Of a DNA stretch of 64,000 nt, positions 25,418 through 37,799 are shown one piece after another. Source of the stretch: Octopus sinensis (Eukaryota); contig NC_043008.1 of assembly GCF_006345805.1 (NCBI RefSeq), forward strand, positions 70,184,001 through 70,248,000, read 5' to 3'. The translations under genes were made by a program, and so were the position numbers. A model generated the notes under the pieces. The model made no database searches. It saw nothing but the letters and a program-made list of their open reading frames with translations, and was not told the origin of the DNA. Numbering within the stretch: the first letter of the stretch is position 1; each line of letters begins with the position of its first letter.

Positions 25418-25555
25418 TATGGCCTAGTGGTTAGCTAATAGGTCCTTCATCATATGGTTGTGGACCTAATTTCTGATCTAGGAGCCACATTGTGACCTTG
25501 AGCAAGGTACCTTATTTCATATTACTTCAGTCCACTCAGCAGACAAAAATGAGTT
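25418..25555 (+). mobile_element. Third tRNA/CORE-type SINE, degenerate
   Basis: A-box TGGCCTAGTGG and CORE-like TGTGACCTTGAGCAAGGTACCTTATTTC; the B box is decayed. Confidence 0.5.
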
Positions 25556-25984
25556 TTAAGGCCGAAACAATGCATCATCTGCCATACTTGACCATTTGAA
25601 AGTGAAGAATTAATCCTGGCTGGATTTGAACTCACAGTGGTGAAATGACAGAAGTAAAATTTAATGAAAGAGCTCTTCTACTGGCTTTAATGTTTACATA
25701 CAGGTTAATTGAATCTCGAAGCACACCTGTGAACAATCTTTTCTATTTTTAGTTAGCAGGTGAAATATAAGCAAACAATTCTGTGTTTTTATTTGAACCT
25801 TATCTCAGTATCCTCAGGGCCAGGTGTATATCAGAGCAATACATTTGCTGCAGAAACACTTGGAAAGTTTTCTTAAAGAACCATGTTTATAATTGTTTAT
25901 AGTTTAAAGAGTTCTTTTACAAGGAAATGAGTCATGGTAGAAAATGCTTTATCATTACAAACAAAATAAAAGATAAAATGATGA

Positions 25985-26690
25985 CAGTGAGCTGGTAGAA
26001 TCATAAAAGTGTCAGAAAAGTATGCCTTGCGATAATTTGTGTTGGTTCTTTAAATTCTGAATTCAGTTCCCACTGGAGTCATCTTTACTTTCAATTCCTG
26101 CTGGAGTTAACTTAACTTTTCATCCCTCTGAGGTCAATAAAATAAACACACCAGCCAAGTGCTAGGACTGATAGTATTGACTTATCCTTGGAAAATTGCT
26201 TACCATGTACTGAAATTAGAAAACATTATTACCTAAAATAAAGGTGATGATTTAGCAGAAACATTACAGTGATAGAAAAAATACCTTGTGGTATTTTTTC
26301 TTGTTCTTTGTATTCTGAATTCAAGTCTTGTTGGGGTTGACTTCACTTTTCACCCTTACAGGATAGATAACATAAGTACCAGTCAGATGATACCAACTAA
26401 CCATTCCTCTCTCAAAGTTGTTGGTCTTGTGCCTAAATTAGAAATAGCTACTATCAAACAATAGTACTTGTGGTATTTTAGTTGTGCCACACCTTTCAAT
26501 TGGTGGTCAGAATATAACTCAGGTACATATTTACTTCTAGTTAGTCTGATTTCAAATTCTACTAAGGCTGACTTTGTCTTTTATCCTTTTGGAGTCGATA
26601 AAATAAGTATCATTTGAATACTGAGGTTGATGTAACTGACTTGGTCCCTCCCACTAAAATTGCTGGCCTTGTGCCACAGTTTGAAATCAT
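25985..26690 (+). mobile_element. Three tandem degenerate SINE B copies
   Basis: GTGAGCTGGTAGAATC, GGTGATGATTTAGCAGAAAC heads, central domains and CTTGTGCC tails at about 25985-26220, 26235-26445 and 26520-26690. Confidence 0.7.
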
Positions 26691-26856
26691 ACTTACAGCT
26701 AATTGGACTGAGTTGGTCCCTTATAGTACCTCTTAATTTCACTGTCTGCAATGTAATACTGATGACCAGGATTTCATTTCTACATCCACCATTCTTCCAT
26801 ATGTGAATCTGATTCTCAGAAACCGTACTCAAATCTTGAAATCAAACCGTAACTTC

Positions 26857-27084
26857 TTAACCCTTTGACATCCAGATTATTCTGTCAAATGTAAAGCTTA
26901 TTCATTCACATTGTTTTGAATTAATCATGCACTATCTTATAGCTTTGAGATTTTGATGATGTGATTGCTTATTTTTAGAATGATATTGCAGGGTAAGTGC
27001 AAGAGTTCTGATCTGGTCAGTTTGAACATGAAACAAGTAGAATATTTGGGCCAGATATGGCTAGTTTGAATGCTAAAGAGTTGT
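26857..27084. mobile_element. piggyBac-type MITE (TTAA/CCCTTT termini), decayed right end
   Basis: Left TTAACCCTTTGACATCCAGA; right TTTGAATGCTAAAGAGTTG approximates its reverse complement. Confidence 0.55.
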
Positions 27085-28084
27085 GCAAGATAAATGCATT
27101 AATGATAGTGTTAAATCTGTATAAAAAACTGGGATGCTTCACAGAGCTGCTCAATGAGGACTGACCTGGGGTTAAATATTAAGAGAACAACATTAATTAT
27201 GCTAAATGATTAGGTACCAGCTTTTGATATTGAGTAGATTTTGTATAAAAATAATCTATTCTGACCTTTATTTTTCCTCTGTTAAAGTCTGAATTTGCAC
27301 AACCTTCAAACCCAGCTAGGCAGGGTGAGGGAATAAATAGATAAACGTATAAAAACATTAGGGAAAATACAGAGAGAGTAGACAAGTAGATTTTTGGTGG
27401 TGATTCCTACTATTGTCTTTGGTAAAACTATCAATCAATCATTCGGAAGTTGGCTGACTATATTGTGCCCTCTTTGGCACCAACCCATTTTAGCTTCTTT
27501 ATCCGACCATCTCATTCCAGTTTGTTAGATATTTCAAATAGCTCTCTCTATCTCTCTCCCCTCCCTCCCTACCCCATCTCTCTCTCTTTCTATCTCTCTG
27601 TGTCTCTTACATATTTTCTCCTTTTGTATATCCATCTTCCTGCCTCTGCTTCTCTCTCTCTTAACATTCTGAACTGAAGATCTTGTATGAATCAGTCAAG
27701 CAAATAATTGATAAGCATTCCATTTTACCTAAGGACTTAAGATCTTCTTCTAAACAGATCTGTCTTCAGTAACACTCCAGTCTACTGCTGTAGTTTAACT
27801 GATTATTAACCTATTTCTGCGTTATTTACTTTATTGGTTTTCCAAATCAACTTACACACTTTCTCCCCCTCTTCCTCCTCCTCTTCCTAACTAATAGTTC
27901 TCAAAATGCCAACAATACATTGAATGGAACAAATTGTCTTTTCAAATTGTTGTTGTCATTGTCGTTGTTGTTATTGTCATTGTTATTATTATTAGTAGTG
28001 GTTGTAATATTATTCATATGTTAAAAATAATAAAGTTATATGTAGAAATATTACATATTAGAAATCATTATTATTGAAAATATT

Positions 28085-28144
28085 AGAAAACTTTATCATC
28101 ATTATCATTATTAATTATTAATTATTGTTATTATTATTATTATG

Positions 28145-28175
<31 letters not shown>

Positions 28176-28188
28176 TATTATTATTATT

Positions 28189-28272
<84 letters not shown>
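28085..28272. repeat. (ATT)n/(ATC)n compound microsatellite
   Basis: Directly visible. Confidence 0.95.
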
Positions 28273-28274
<2 letters not shown>

Positions 28275-28717
28275 GGCAGTAAGCTTGCTAAATTGTTACT
28301 GTGCTGGACAAAATGCTTAGTAGCACTTAGGCTGTCTTTACATTCTGAGTTCAAATTCCACCAAGGTCAACTTTGCTTCCATCCTTTCAGAGGTCAATAA
28401 AGTAAGTACCAGTTGACCACTGGGGATCAATGTAATTGACTTAGCTCTTCCTCAAATGAGCTAGTCTTGTTTCAAAATTTGAAAACATCATTATTATTAT
28501 TGTTAAGAGGCCAAGCTGGCAGAATCATTGGCATGCTGGGCAAAATGCTTATCAGTATCTTGTTTGTCTTTATGTTTTGAGTACAAATTCTGCCAAGGTT
28601 GACTTTGCCTTTCATCCTTTTGAGGTTGATAAAATAAGTACCAGCTGGACAGTGGAGTCAATTTAATTGACTTGCTACTCCCTTGAAATTGCTGGTCTTG
28701 TGCCAAAATTTGAAACC
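28273..28717 (+). mobile_element. Two tandem SINE B copies (about 28273-28487 and 28505-28717)
   Basis: Complete head, B box GAGTTCAAATTCC (first copy), central domain and AAAATTTGAAA tail; (ATT)n spacers. Confidence 0.88.
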
Positions 28718-28733
28718 ATTATTATTATTATTA

Positions 28734-29289
28734 CTTTTGCACAGTGAACTAAGGTAATACCTCTTATTTTTCGAGCACTTTCCAAGCTGTGCTGTTTTCT
28801 GCAAGTGCTCCACTCTTATTGCAGCTCCTATTTGTTCCATGTACTTCTTGAGATTTTTGTTCACTGTTCCCAGCTCTGACAATTATTGGTACTACAACTA
28901 CCTTTTCTATCAATCACAACTGCTTAACTTTCTAAGCTAACCTGTCATATCTCTCAACTTTTCTTTCTTCCTTATCGCATACCTTGTTGTCTGCTGGGCA
29001 TGCTATCTTTATTATCCAGCATAGTTTGTTTTCTTTCTCAATTAAGACTATATCTGGCTTCCTATTCTCAATCTGATGGTCGCACTGAATCATAAAATCC
29101 CATAGGAACTTTGCTTTTTTATTTTCAATAATACCTTCGGGTTTGTGATCATCCCAATTTTTGCTCTGTCAAGTCCATACTTGTTGCAAAGTGTCCAATG
29201 GGCAAGCCTGGCTATATTGTCGTGGCATCTCTTATATTCCTTCAGGGCTAGTGGCGTACATTGGCTGGTAATATGCCATATGGTTTCAC

Positions 29290-29290
<1 letters not shown>
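28734..29290 (-). mobile_element. 5'-truncated R4/Dong-clade LINE (zinc-knuckle remnant, RLE domain, short 3' UTR), a different subfamily from 8923-9377
   Basis: GETIWHITSQCTPLALKEYKRCHDNIARLAHWTLCNKYGL...LGTVNKNLKKYMEQIGAAIRVEHLQKTAQLG...KVLEK* with frameshifts; (TAA)n on both sides in the sense orientation. Confidence 0.85.
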
Positions 29291-29331
<41 letters not shown>

Positions 29332-29334
29332 GGA

Positions 29335-29880
29335 CATTGGAGAGGCTGAAAGTTTCAAGCACTACACAAAATTCCTTGCAGTATTGTGGTATTTATTCTG
29401 GCACTTTTTATTCTGAATTAAAACCCTGCTGAGGTCAACTTTGCTGTTCATCCTTTTGGGGTCAATAAAATGAAATGCTGGTCAACAACTAGGGCCAGTG
29501 ATACCAACTAGCCCTGTCCCTCAATTCTGTTTGTCTTGTGCCTTAATTAAAATTTCTATCAGGGTTGTGAGTTGTTAGAAATAACAACTGCAACATCAAC
29601 AACAACTACTACTGCTACTGCTTTTATCCATCCCTCAGGGTTGATAAAATGAAGTGCCAGTCAAGTACTGGTTGCAATGATATCAACTTATCCCTTCCCC
29701 TCAAAAATGTTGGACTTCTCTTGAAAACAGAAAACATTATTATTATTATTAAGTTTAAAAGGCTGCAAGCTGGCAGAATTGTTAACATACTGGACAAACA
29801 GCTTAGTGACATTTCATCTGTATTTATGTTCTGACTTCAAATTCTGCTGAGTTTGACTTTATCTTTGCCTTTCATCCTGT
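29335..29880 (+). mobile_element. Further SINE B copies (about 29335-29545, 29625-29735 partial, 29760-29880)
   Basis: Family B motifs with ATT spacers. Confidence 0.7.
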
Positions 29881-29896
29881 TTGGTATTGATACAGT

Positions 29897-30570
29897 GTTG
29901 TGTGATTATTTCCCAACCACATGGTTCTGGGATCAGACCCACTGCATGATACCTTAGGCAAGTGTCTTCTACTATAGCCCTATAGCTTTGGGCCAACCAA
30001 AGCCTTGGAAGTGGATTTGGTAGATGAAAACTGAAAGAAGCCTGTCATATATATAGACATACACATACACATTAACCAAGAGCACATGTGTTTTAAAAGA
30101 TTAATTCAAAGTGTTCACGCACACTAGGAAAAAAGACTTCTTCCAAAAAGGTTAGTAACATCCTGATAAAAGATTTTATAACTTGTTTTAAAAAATAATT
30201 TTTGAAACAAAATCCTTTAATACTTAAAAAACTGTATTAAGTAATTTTCACAAAGACTTTCAAATATGCTCCAGCAAAAGGTGGTGCTCCAGCATGGCTG
30301 CAGTCAAACGACTGAAACAAATAACAGAATAAAAGAATGTCTGTGTGTGTGTGTGCGTGCGCCTTTGTGTCTATGTTTGACCCTAATCACCGCTTGACAA
30401 CTGGTGTTGGTGTGTTTATGTCCCTGTAGCTAAGCAGTTTGCCAAAAGACTCCAACAGAATAAGTACCAGGCTTTAAAAGAAAAAGTATTGGGTCGATTT
30501 ATTTGACTAAAAGTTCTTAAAGGTATCACTCCAGCATGGCCACAATCTAGTGACTGAAAGAAGTAAAAAA
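29897..30570 (+). mobile_element. SINE A with a nested insert (about 30072-30338) that ends in the same family A/CR1-type tail
   Basis: 5' half 29897-30071, 3' half 30339-30570; the insert ends GGTGGTGCTCCAGCATGGCTGCAGTCAAACGACTGAAACAAATAACAGAATAAAAGAAT. Confidence 0.75.
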
Positions 30571-30814
30571 AGTTAAAGCAAAAAGATCAGTTAAGCACTG
30601 GGGGTTGATATAATTGACTTACTCACTTCCCTCAGAACTACTGCTCTTGTGCCAAAGTTTTAAACCACTATTATTAATATTATTATTATTATTCAGTAGT
30701 TTTATTTTTATAGCGTGCTTTCACTTCACTACCGAGCGCAGCTCTGTGTGCCTTGGGTATGTGCTGTGATTTGTTGTGATGCTCTGATGGTTATTGTATG
30801 GAAAGTGTTCTGCG

Positions 30815-30847
<33 letters not shown>

Positions 30848-30850
30848 TTT

Positions 30851-31063
30851 AGGTGGCAAGTTGGCAGAATCATTAGCATGCTAGGTGAAATGCTTAGTGA
30901 TATTTCGTCTGTCATCTGATTCTGAGTTCAAATGCTGCCACGGTCAACTTTGCCTTTCATCTTTTTGGGGTCAATAAATTAAGTACTAGTTGCCTACTGG
31001 GCTCGATCTAATCGACTGGCCCCCTCCCCAAAAATTTTGGGCCTTGTGCCTAGAGTAGAAAGG
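30851..31063 (+). mobile_element. SINE B, well-preserved reference copy (AGTAGAAAGG tail subtype)
   Basis: A-box-like TTGGCAGAATC, B-box-like GAGTTCAAATG, central GCCTTTCATCTTTTTGGGGTCAATAAATTAAGTAC (from memory similar to the MetaSINE central domain; unverified); (ATT)n on both sides. Confidence 0.9.
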
Positions 31064-31113
<50 letters not shown>

Positions 31114-31149
31114 CATCATTATTATTATTATTTGCCCTTGTTTGTTTAT

Positions 31150-31345
31150 TATTTCATATCATTCAATGCTTCTTTTTCCATCAGTTCTAAATTTTTCATC
31201 GCATTTCTCTTTTATTTCATAACATCTCTGCTATTTATTCAATCCATGTGAAAGAAACTTGTTGTTACCGCCAATGCCTCACTCCATATGTCAGTACAAA
31301 ATTCCTAGAACATTTTTCAATGTTTGGCGCCTTGCCAATCTTACT
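31150..31345 (-). mobile_element. Probable internal R4/Dong LINE fragment from the region just upstream of the RT domain
   Basis: Frameshifted APNIEK..F(C)TDIWSE...TWIE*IAEML resembles the PxxE..FWxxIWS...W segment that precedes NWKAPG in R4-type ORFs; (TAA)n tracts lie nearby in the sense orientation. Confidence 0.4.
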
Positions 31346-31615
31346 GCTGCTTAACAAGTATTCACCACTTTTCACTTCTTTTCTTTCTTTTTCTTTGGTA
31401 TGTTTTCTTTTTGGGTTTTTTTCCATACTTTCTCATGTTTTAGTGAAAGCAATCTTCATCTTGCATAGCGATGCGCTATTTTCACTTGTGTCACTTCTAT
31501 TTTATGCATTTTCATATGGCTTTCAGCTTCATCATCATCATCAGCATTATCAGTATCATTATGTTTGCCATTGTCTTTGTCATCACTATTATAATTATCA
31601 TGGACATTTTCCCCC

Positions 31616-31670
<55 letters not shown>

Positions 31671-31699
31671 CATGGTATTTTCTTTTTTTTTCTGGTTCC

Positions 31700-32900
31700 T
31701 TATATTCCAAGTTCAATTCCTACAAAAGTCAACTTTGCTTATCATCTCCATGTGCGGCTGATAAAATAAAGTATCAAATGTATACTGGGGTCAATGATAT
31801 TGACTAACCCTTCCCTTCAAAATTGCTGGTCTTGTGCTGAAATTTGTTGACATTATTATTGCTGACAGAATTCTTAGCATGCTGAGAAAAATGCTTAGCA
31901 ACATTTCGTCCATCGTTACATTCTGTGTTCAAATCTGCTGAGGTTGACTTTGCTTTTCTTCCTTTCGTGGTTGATAAATTAAATACCAGTTGAGCATTGG
32001 GGGTAGTGAAATTGACTTACACACTCCCACAAAATTACTGGCCTTGTGCCAAAATTTGAAGCAGTTATCATTTTTATTATTATTAGGTGCAAGAGTGGCT
32101 GTGTCATAAGTAGTTTGCTTACCAACCACATGGTTCCAGGTTCAGTCCTACCGCGTGGCACATTTGGCAAGTGTGTTCTACTATAGCCTCGGGCCTACCA
32201 AAGCTTTGTGAGTGGATTTGGTAGAAAGAAACTGAAAGAAGCCCATCATTTATATGTATATGTGTGTGTTTGTGTGTCTGTGTTTGTCCCCCCAACATCA
32301 CTTGACAACTGATGCTGGTGTGTTTACGTCCCCATAACTTAGTAGTTCGGCAAAAGGGACCGATAGAATAAGTACTAGGCTTCCAAAGAATAAGTCCTGG
32401 GGTCTATTTGCTCAACTAAAGGCAGTGCTCCAGCATGACTGCAGTCAAATGACTGAAACAAGTAATAGAGTAAAGAGTAAAGTGGAAAGCAGAGAAAATA
32501 CTTCACTGTGATTTTAGTGGCTTTTCTCATTCTGAGTTCAAATCCTGCCAAGGTCAACTTTACTTTTCAAACTTTTTAGAGTTGTTGAAATAAAGTGCTA
32601 ATCAAGTACTGAGGTCTTTGAAATTAATAAAAACCCTTCTCCTTGAAATTACTGACCTTGAGCCTTAATCAGAAACTTATTATTATTAAGATGGTGAGCT
32701 GGCAGAATCGTTAGCATGCTGGGTGAAATGCTTAGCATTATTTTGTCTGTCTTTATGTTTTGAGTTTAAATTCCACTGAGGTTGACTTTGCCTTTCATCC
32801 TTTCAGGGTCTATAAAATAAGTACCAGTTGAACACTGGAGTCGATATTTTCGAGCAACTCCCTCCCCCAGACTAGCTGGCCTTGTGCCAAAATTTAAAAC
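31700..32900 (+). mobile_element. SINE B cluster (about 31700-31850, 31855-32063, 32490-32675, 32686-32900) with a full-length SINE A inserted at 32086-32480
   Basis: Family motifs as above; the SINE A copy has head, CORE block, internal TA/TG repeat and tail. Confidence 0.85.
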
Positions 32901-33329
32901 CATTATTATTATTATAATAAATACCACAAAACAAATGCCTTCTGTAGCATTCTGTAGAGGCTGTGTGTATGGTAAAGACATTGGTGGGAACAGAATTCTG
33001 TGTGTCAGTTTAGGCAACCTGGGTAGCCTCTTCTTGAGGATTTCTGGTTGAGGAATGTAGACACTTCTAAAAATTCCTGAGCCTGGCAGTGTATGAGAGA
33101 TGGTAGAATTTATTTTTTCAGGATAAATTGTGTAGTCATGGCCATGTAGGAACCACCTGCAACCATATTTGTCCAAGCTTTATGTAGGCTGAACAACTCA
33201 TCTGGCATGCCCTTAAGCAGTGTACTTCATTGCTAAATTATAGGTTTATGTCAAATAGCTATTATCATGTGTGGAATGGCTCTAGTTGTCAGTTGAATCT
33301 ATTATGGAAATTAATCTGCTGTTCTTCTT

Positions 33330-33530
33330 TTGGAAAAGAAGGGCAGGTAATGTTCATCTGTCTGGTGCCTGTGGCAAATGATGTTGTGTAGTGGATGTAC
33401 TCTACAGGTTTAAGGAGAGAGCTTTTTTTTTCAGAACATGCCCTCATCAGCATATACAGGTACAACTTAAAGAGGCAGATGAGAGTAAAAATGGAGGTGA
33501 AAATGGTTGGATCAGAATAGCTAAATGGAT
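33330..33530 (+). mobile_element. Possible decayed L1/Tx1-type LINE C-terminal remnant
   Basis: Frameshifted GKEGQVMFICLVPVANDVV*WM...SEHALISIYRYNLKRQMRVK resembles, from memory, C-termini of Tx1-like ORF2 proteins; unverified. Confidence 0.25.
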
Positions 33531-33959
33531 CCACATTATGTAAATGTTGGCTGGCAGCAACAAACTGGAGGGCATTGACCTTTGGTATATCAAGGTCATC
33601 TGAATTACCCTTTGTGTTATCCCCTCTTCCCTCCATTTTGTTATTGTGTTATTGTTATTAGCTATTTTTTGATTGGTCATTGATATCAATCTCACTCATT
33701 CACTCCATTTAAATCTGCCATTGTTTCTTGTTTGCATCTTTCTTTTGTACTTCACCTTTGTATTGTCCTCAATGTCTTGGACCCTTGTGGCTGATAAAAG
33801 ATTGCAGGTTCATTTACATGTCAAACAAAATGCATTAGACTATCAAGTTGCAACTCTTTATGTTCTCACTTCCAATCCTGCCACAATCAACATGGTCATT
33901 CATAAAGCCCCTGTTACTTTAATTTCATCTCCCATAAAACTGTTGGCCTTGTGCCTATG

Positions 33960-34380
33960 CTATAATGGCAGAATCATTAGAGCAGCTTGTCAGAATACCG
34001 TGCAGTATTTCTAACTCCTTATGTTCTGAGTTCAAATCCTGTTAAGGTCATCTTAGCCTTTCAGTCTTTCAGTGTTGTTATGGTATCAGTCTAGTACTGA
34101 GGGCCCATGTAATCAACTAACCCTCCATTCACAATTGCCAACATTGTACCTAAATTAGAACCAATGAAAGGTGCCACTTTGGCAGACTTGTTATATAACA
34201 TCATAAGAAAATGTTTTGCAGTTTGTCTTCTTCATGTTCTGGGTTAAAATGCCTCCAAGGTCAACTTTCTTTCAGCCTTTTGGGGTTGATGTAATGAAGT
34301 ATCAGTCAAATATTAGGATTGATGGTATCAATGGATTCCCTTCTTGGAAATTGCTGGTTCAATGCCTAAATTTAAAAGCA
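33960..34380 (+). mobile_element. Two degenerate SINE B copies
   Basis: TGGCAGAATCATTAGAGC, GAGTTCAAATCC, CAGCCTTTTGGGGTTGAT and CCTAAATTT tails. Confidence 0.65.
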
Positions 34381-35489
34381 TTGTTGTTTTCATTGTTGCT
34401 ATTATTTTTTTTATATACCTTTGTCTAATAATATATTTCTGTACATTAATTATTCTAAGTATCACTATTTCTTTTACAACAACTTCTTCACAACAGTGAT
34501 GAGTCGGCAGTTTGGAACTATTCTTAAACATTCCAAGATCCTCTCTTCTTTGGAGTTTTGTTTGCCATCTGCTTTTAGTTCTGTTGATCTCATTAGTTTT
34601 CATAGTAATCAGATGCTTGCACACTTTGTCTGAATATTTCTTTTTCTTTTACTCTGTATTATTTGTACTACCCTTTTCTCTCACCATATCTATCTATCAA
34701 CCCAGCCTTTTATCTATCTATATCTCTATCATCTATCAATCTATCTATCTCTCACTTGCTGGCACAGTTCCGGAATTGAACACATGCACACACACTTGTA
34801 GTTTGAAAAGCCAAAGCAACAAACCAGGACTATAATCTTATAATTTCATTAATATTGTACTAATCATAATGGCTCAGGGTTTACTGATTATATTGTGTAA
34901 ATGCATTTGTCATATGCCTTGAACAAGGCACAGAAATTTTTTTCTCTGTTTCTTAGGAGAGAAGTGTCATGCTTGTAACCATTTACAGGGCCTCTCTAAG
35001 AGGAATGTAGAATATTATTCAGAAATGAGAGACTTGGCTCAAATGCTTGTGACTAAGTGAACTCTAATAAAGACACTCAAAGACCAAGTGGTGGTTTTAA
35101 GCTGGACAAAGGGTTTAAGTTTGTCTGCCAGATAGTCTGTAGCAGGGTTTGAACTCAAAACATGAAGAAGAACAAAATAACAGCCACATGGTATTACTTC
35201 TAATGTTTCTATCAATCTACTTTTGTTCACTGGTACTTTGCTTGTCACTCCAGGAAAGATGAAAAACAAAGTTGATTATAACAGAACTTGAACTCAGAAT
35301 GTAAGCTACTGGAATACATACTGCATGATACATTGTCTTCCAGTGTGTCTGCCAAACAAAATGCAGTTTCCATTCCTATTTTACAATAAAGTAATTTGCA
35401 TTAGGAAGAGTATGCTGTTATAAAAACTCTAGCTATTACTCCATTCTACCAGTAGACTATCTTAGAGCACTATGTTATTCAATAGCAAC

Positions 35490-35660
35490 CATTTATCTGC
35501 ATCTGTGCAGGGCAGTGCATTATTTGCATGTGCAGTGTATTTATCTGCATATGCAGAACATTTATTTACATATGCAGTATATCTGCATGTACAGTTTCTT
35601 ACCTGCATATATTGTATATTATCTGTATGTGCAGTGAATTTATGTGCAGCTGTATATACA
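35490..35660. repeat. Degenerate minisatellite of about 20 bp rich in TGCA (near GCAGTGTATTTATCTGCATAT)
   Basis: Recurring TTATCTGCA/TGCAGTG blocks, about 8 units. Confidence 0.65.
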
Positions 35661-35924
35661 ACCAGACCAATTTTTATTTTTTGTGAAAGTTTGGAAGTTG
35701 CCCATGTATGCAAGTCTCCTCTCTCTTTGCAACCAGTGTTCTCTTACTGAAAGAGTGTTACTTTAAGGCAAATACAGCTTGGTACCAGTGTTATCATAAA
35801 TACTACAGTCAGAACACAAAGGTCCAGATACCACAGAGCAGATACCACAAAGCATCTCATCTGACCTTCTCACTGTTCCACCAATTCACTGCATTCAATT
35901 CATATTGCATTTATTCTTTTCTAC

Positions 35925-36250
35925 TAAAGGCATGAGGCCCAAAACTTTTAGGAAGGGGGCCAGTTGTTTAAATCAACTCCAGTTTACAACTGGTACTTAA
36001 TTTATTGACCCTGAAAGGCAAAATCAACCTCGGCAGAATTTGAACTCAGAACTTAAAGACAGGCAAAATACTGCTAAGCATTTTGCCCAGTGTGCTAACA
36101 ATCCTGCCAGTTCGCCACCTCATATTGTGTTTATTGACCCCGAAAAAGATAAAAGCAAAGCTGACCTTGGCAGGATTTGATCTCTGAGCACAGAGGTTTG
36201 ATACTCATATAGCAAGGTATTCAACCTAATGCTCCAACAACACAGCCAAT
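35925..36250 (-). mobile_element. Two SINE B copies
   Basis: GGCATGAGGCCC...GGCAGAATTTGAACTCAG...CCAGTTCGCCACC, then a second partial copy. Confidence 0.8.
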
Positions 36251-36954
36251 TCACTACATTACAACAAACAGTCATATACAAACATCGTAAAATAGATTTA
36301 AAACATTAAAACATTAAGAAAAAATTCAGCTAAATGACACAAAAAAAAGAGAATATTTCACACTATACTTTATTTCTTTTCATTTAAATTACTTTTATTA
36401 ACGAAGACCACCAAAAAATAAATTATCTATTAAATCAACGACCTCGTTTAAAGTGTCTTATACAAGAAATTAATTAGAATTTACAATGTTTTAATCTTAT
36501 TGCATTACATTACTGTTAAAACATTCTAAAAACACTTTATTAAAACATTAAAATATATTTCTGTGGAAATGATACAAGAGAGAAAAAAAATGCAATAAAA
36601 TTATCAAAAGGATGGATGTTCCAATTATAAGTTATTTATTTAAACAGAAAATTTATATTTCTGTGAAGCAATTTTGTTGTTGTTTTTGTTTTGTTTCTAA
36701 AATTCAAAGGACAGGTTTCAAAGCTATTTTTCATTATTGTCTTGTTACAATTATTATTATTATTATTTTTTTTTTTTGCTTAGAGTTTCTGATATATTTC
36801 AAGATTTGGAGGGATGATGGTAGCTGTTTAATTTAAGGGGATTCAGTTGATTTGAGTTTTTGATTTGTTTTGGTACAAACATCATGATAAAATTGAAACC
36901 AGAACTGTGTGTGCATCTGGTGTGGATCAAATTTATAAAATGTTCTGATACCCA

Positions 36955-37050
36955 AAAGATGATCCCAGCTCACAAGATCACCCCACAATTAACAAAATGA
37001 CCCCAATTCACAAGATAACTCCAAATCACCATTTGAACCTCAATTTATAA
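36955..37050. repeat. Short degenerate tandem repeat of about 18-20 bp (near ATGACCCCAATTCACAAG)
   Basis: GATCCCAGCTCACAAGAT, CACCCCACAATTAACAAAAT, GACCCCAATTCACAAGAT, AACTCCAAATCACC. Confidence 0.55.
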
Positions 37051-37799
37051 GGTGATTGTTTTTCACAGATAACTTGATATTTCACAAGGAACATGTATAT
37101 AGTAATGGTGGGAGTGATTGAGCCAATGCATTAACATATTGGACAGTTTGCATTGCAATAGTCATTCTACCTCTCTGTGACTTAAGTTCAAATCCTCACA
37201 AAGTCAAATGAGCCTTTCAACCTTTAAAGGTCTATAAAATTGTTTTGATCCTGAACAGTAGGGTGATCAAACTGTTCAAGGGTCAAGGAAGGTGTCTGAT
37301 GGTATTTCTTGTGGCTCTTTGCATAACTGAAGGGTAAAAATGTCAACTTAATATATAATTATGATAATCTCATGATCAGTACACATACAACATTTTCATA
37401 AAACATACAAATACCATTGTGATCAACTACAAATTCTGTGTGGCCTATCTGGCATATCATTGATCTAGATTTATGTTGTTGATTCTGGAGACATGAAAGT
37501 GAAAACTACATCTGATGGGATTTGAACTAGTAAAGACGTCAAGGGTAGTTTTGACTGAAACAGTAATAGTGTGTTAGAATAAATGTTTCATTACTTTATA
37601 TTGTAAAGTGTTAATTTAACTTTTCATGGGTCTGGTGATGAATTAGCCCAGGTACTAGTTATGAATTGGGTCAGTGAGATCAACTCTACCTCTTACCTTC
37701 AAGATCAGTATCAATAACAACAATGATGATAATAATAATGACAATAGCAAAAATACAACAAAATTCAACAGAGTTAACTACGACAAATGAATAATTGTT

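Noticed and set aside
31248-31769. 173-aa ORF with His/Tyr runs
   Set aside because: Low-complexity repeats, partly antisense to a probable R4 remnant.
33425-33450. Minus-strand CTGATGA...GAAA
   Set aside because: Helix II pairs poorly, with no GAAAC or helix I; likely chance.
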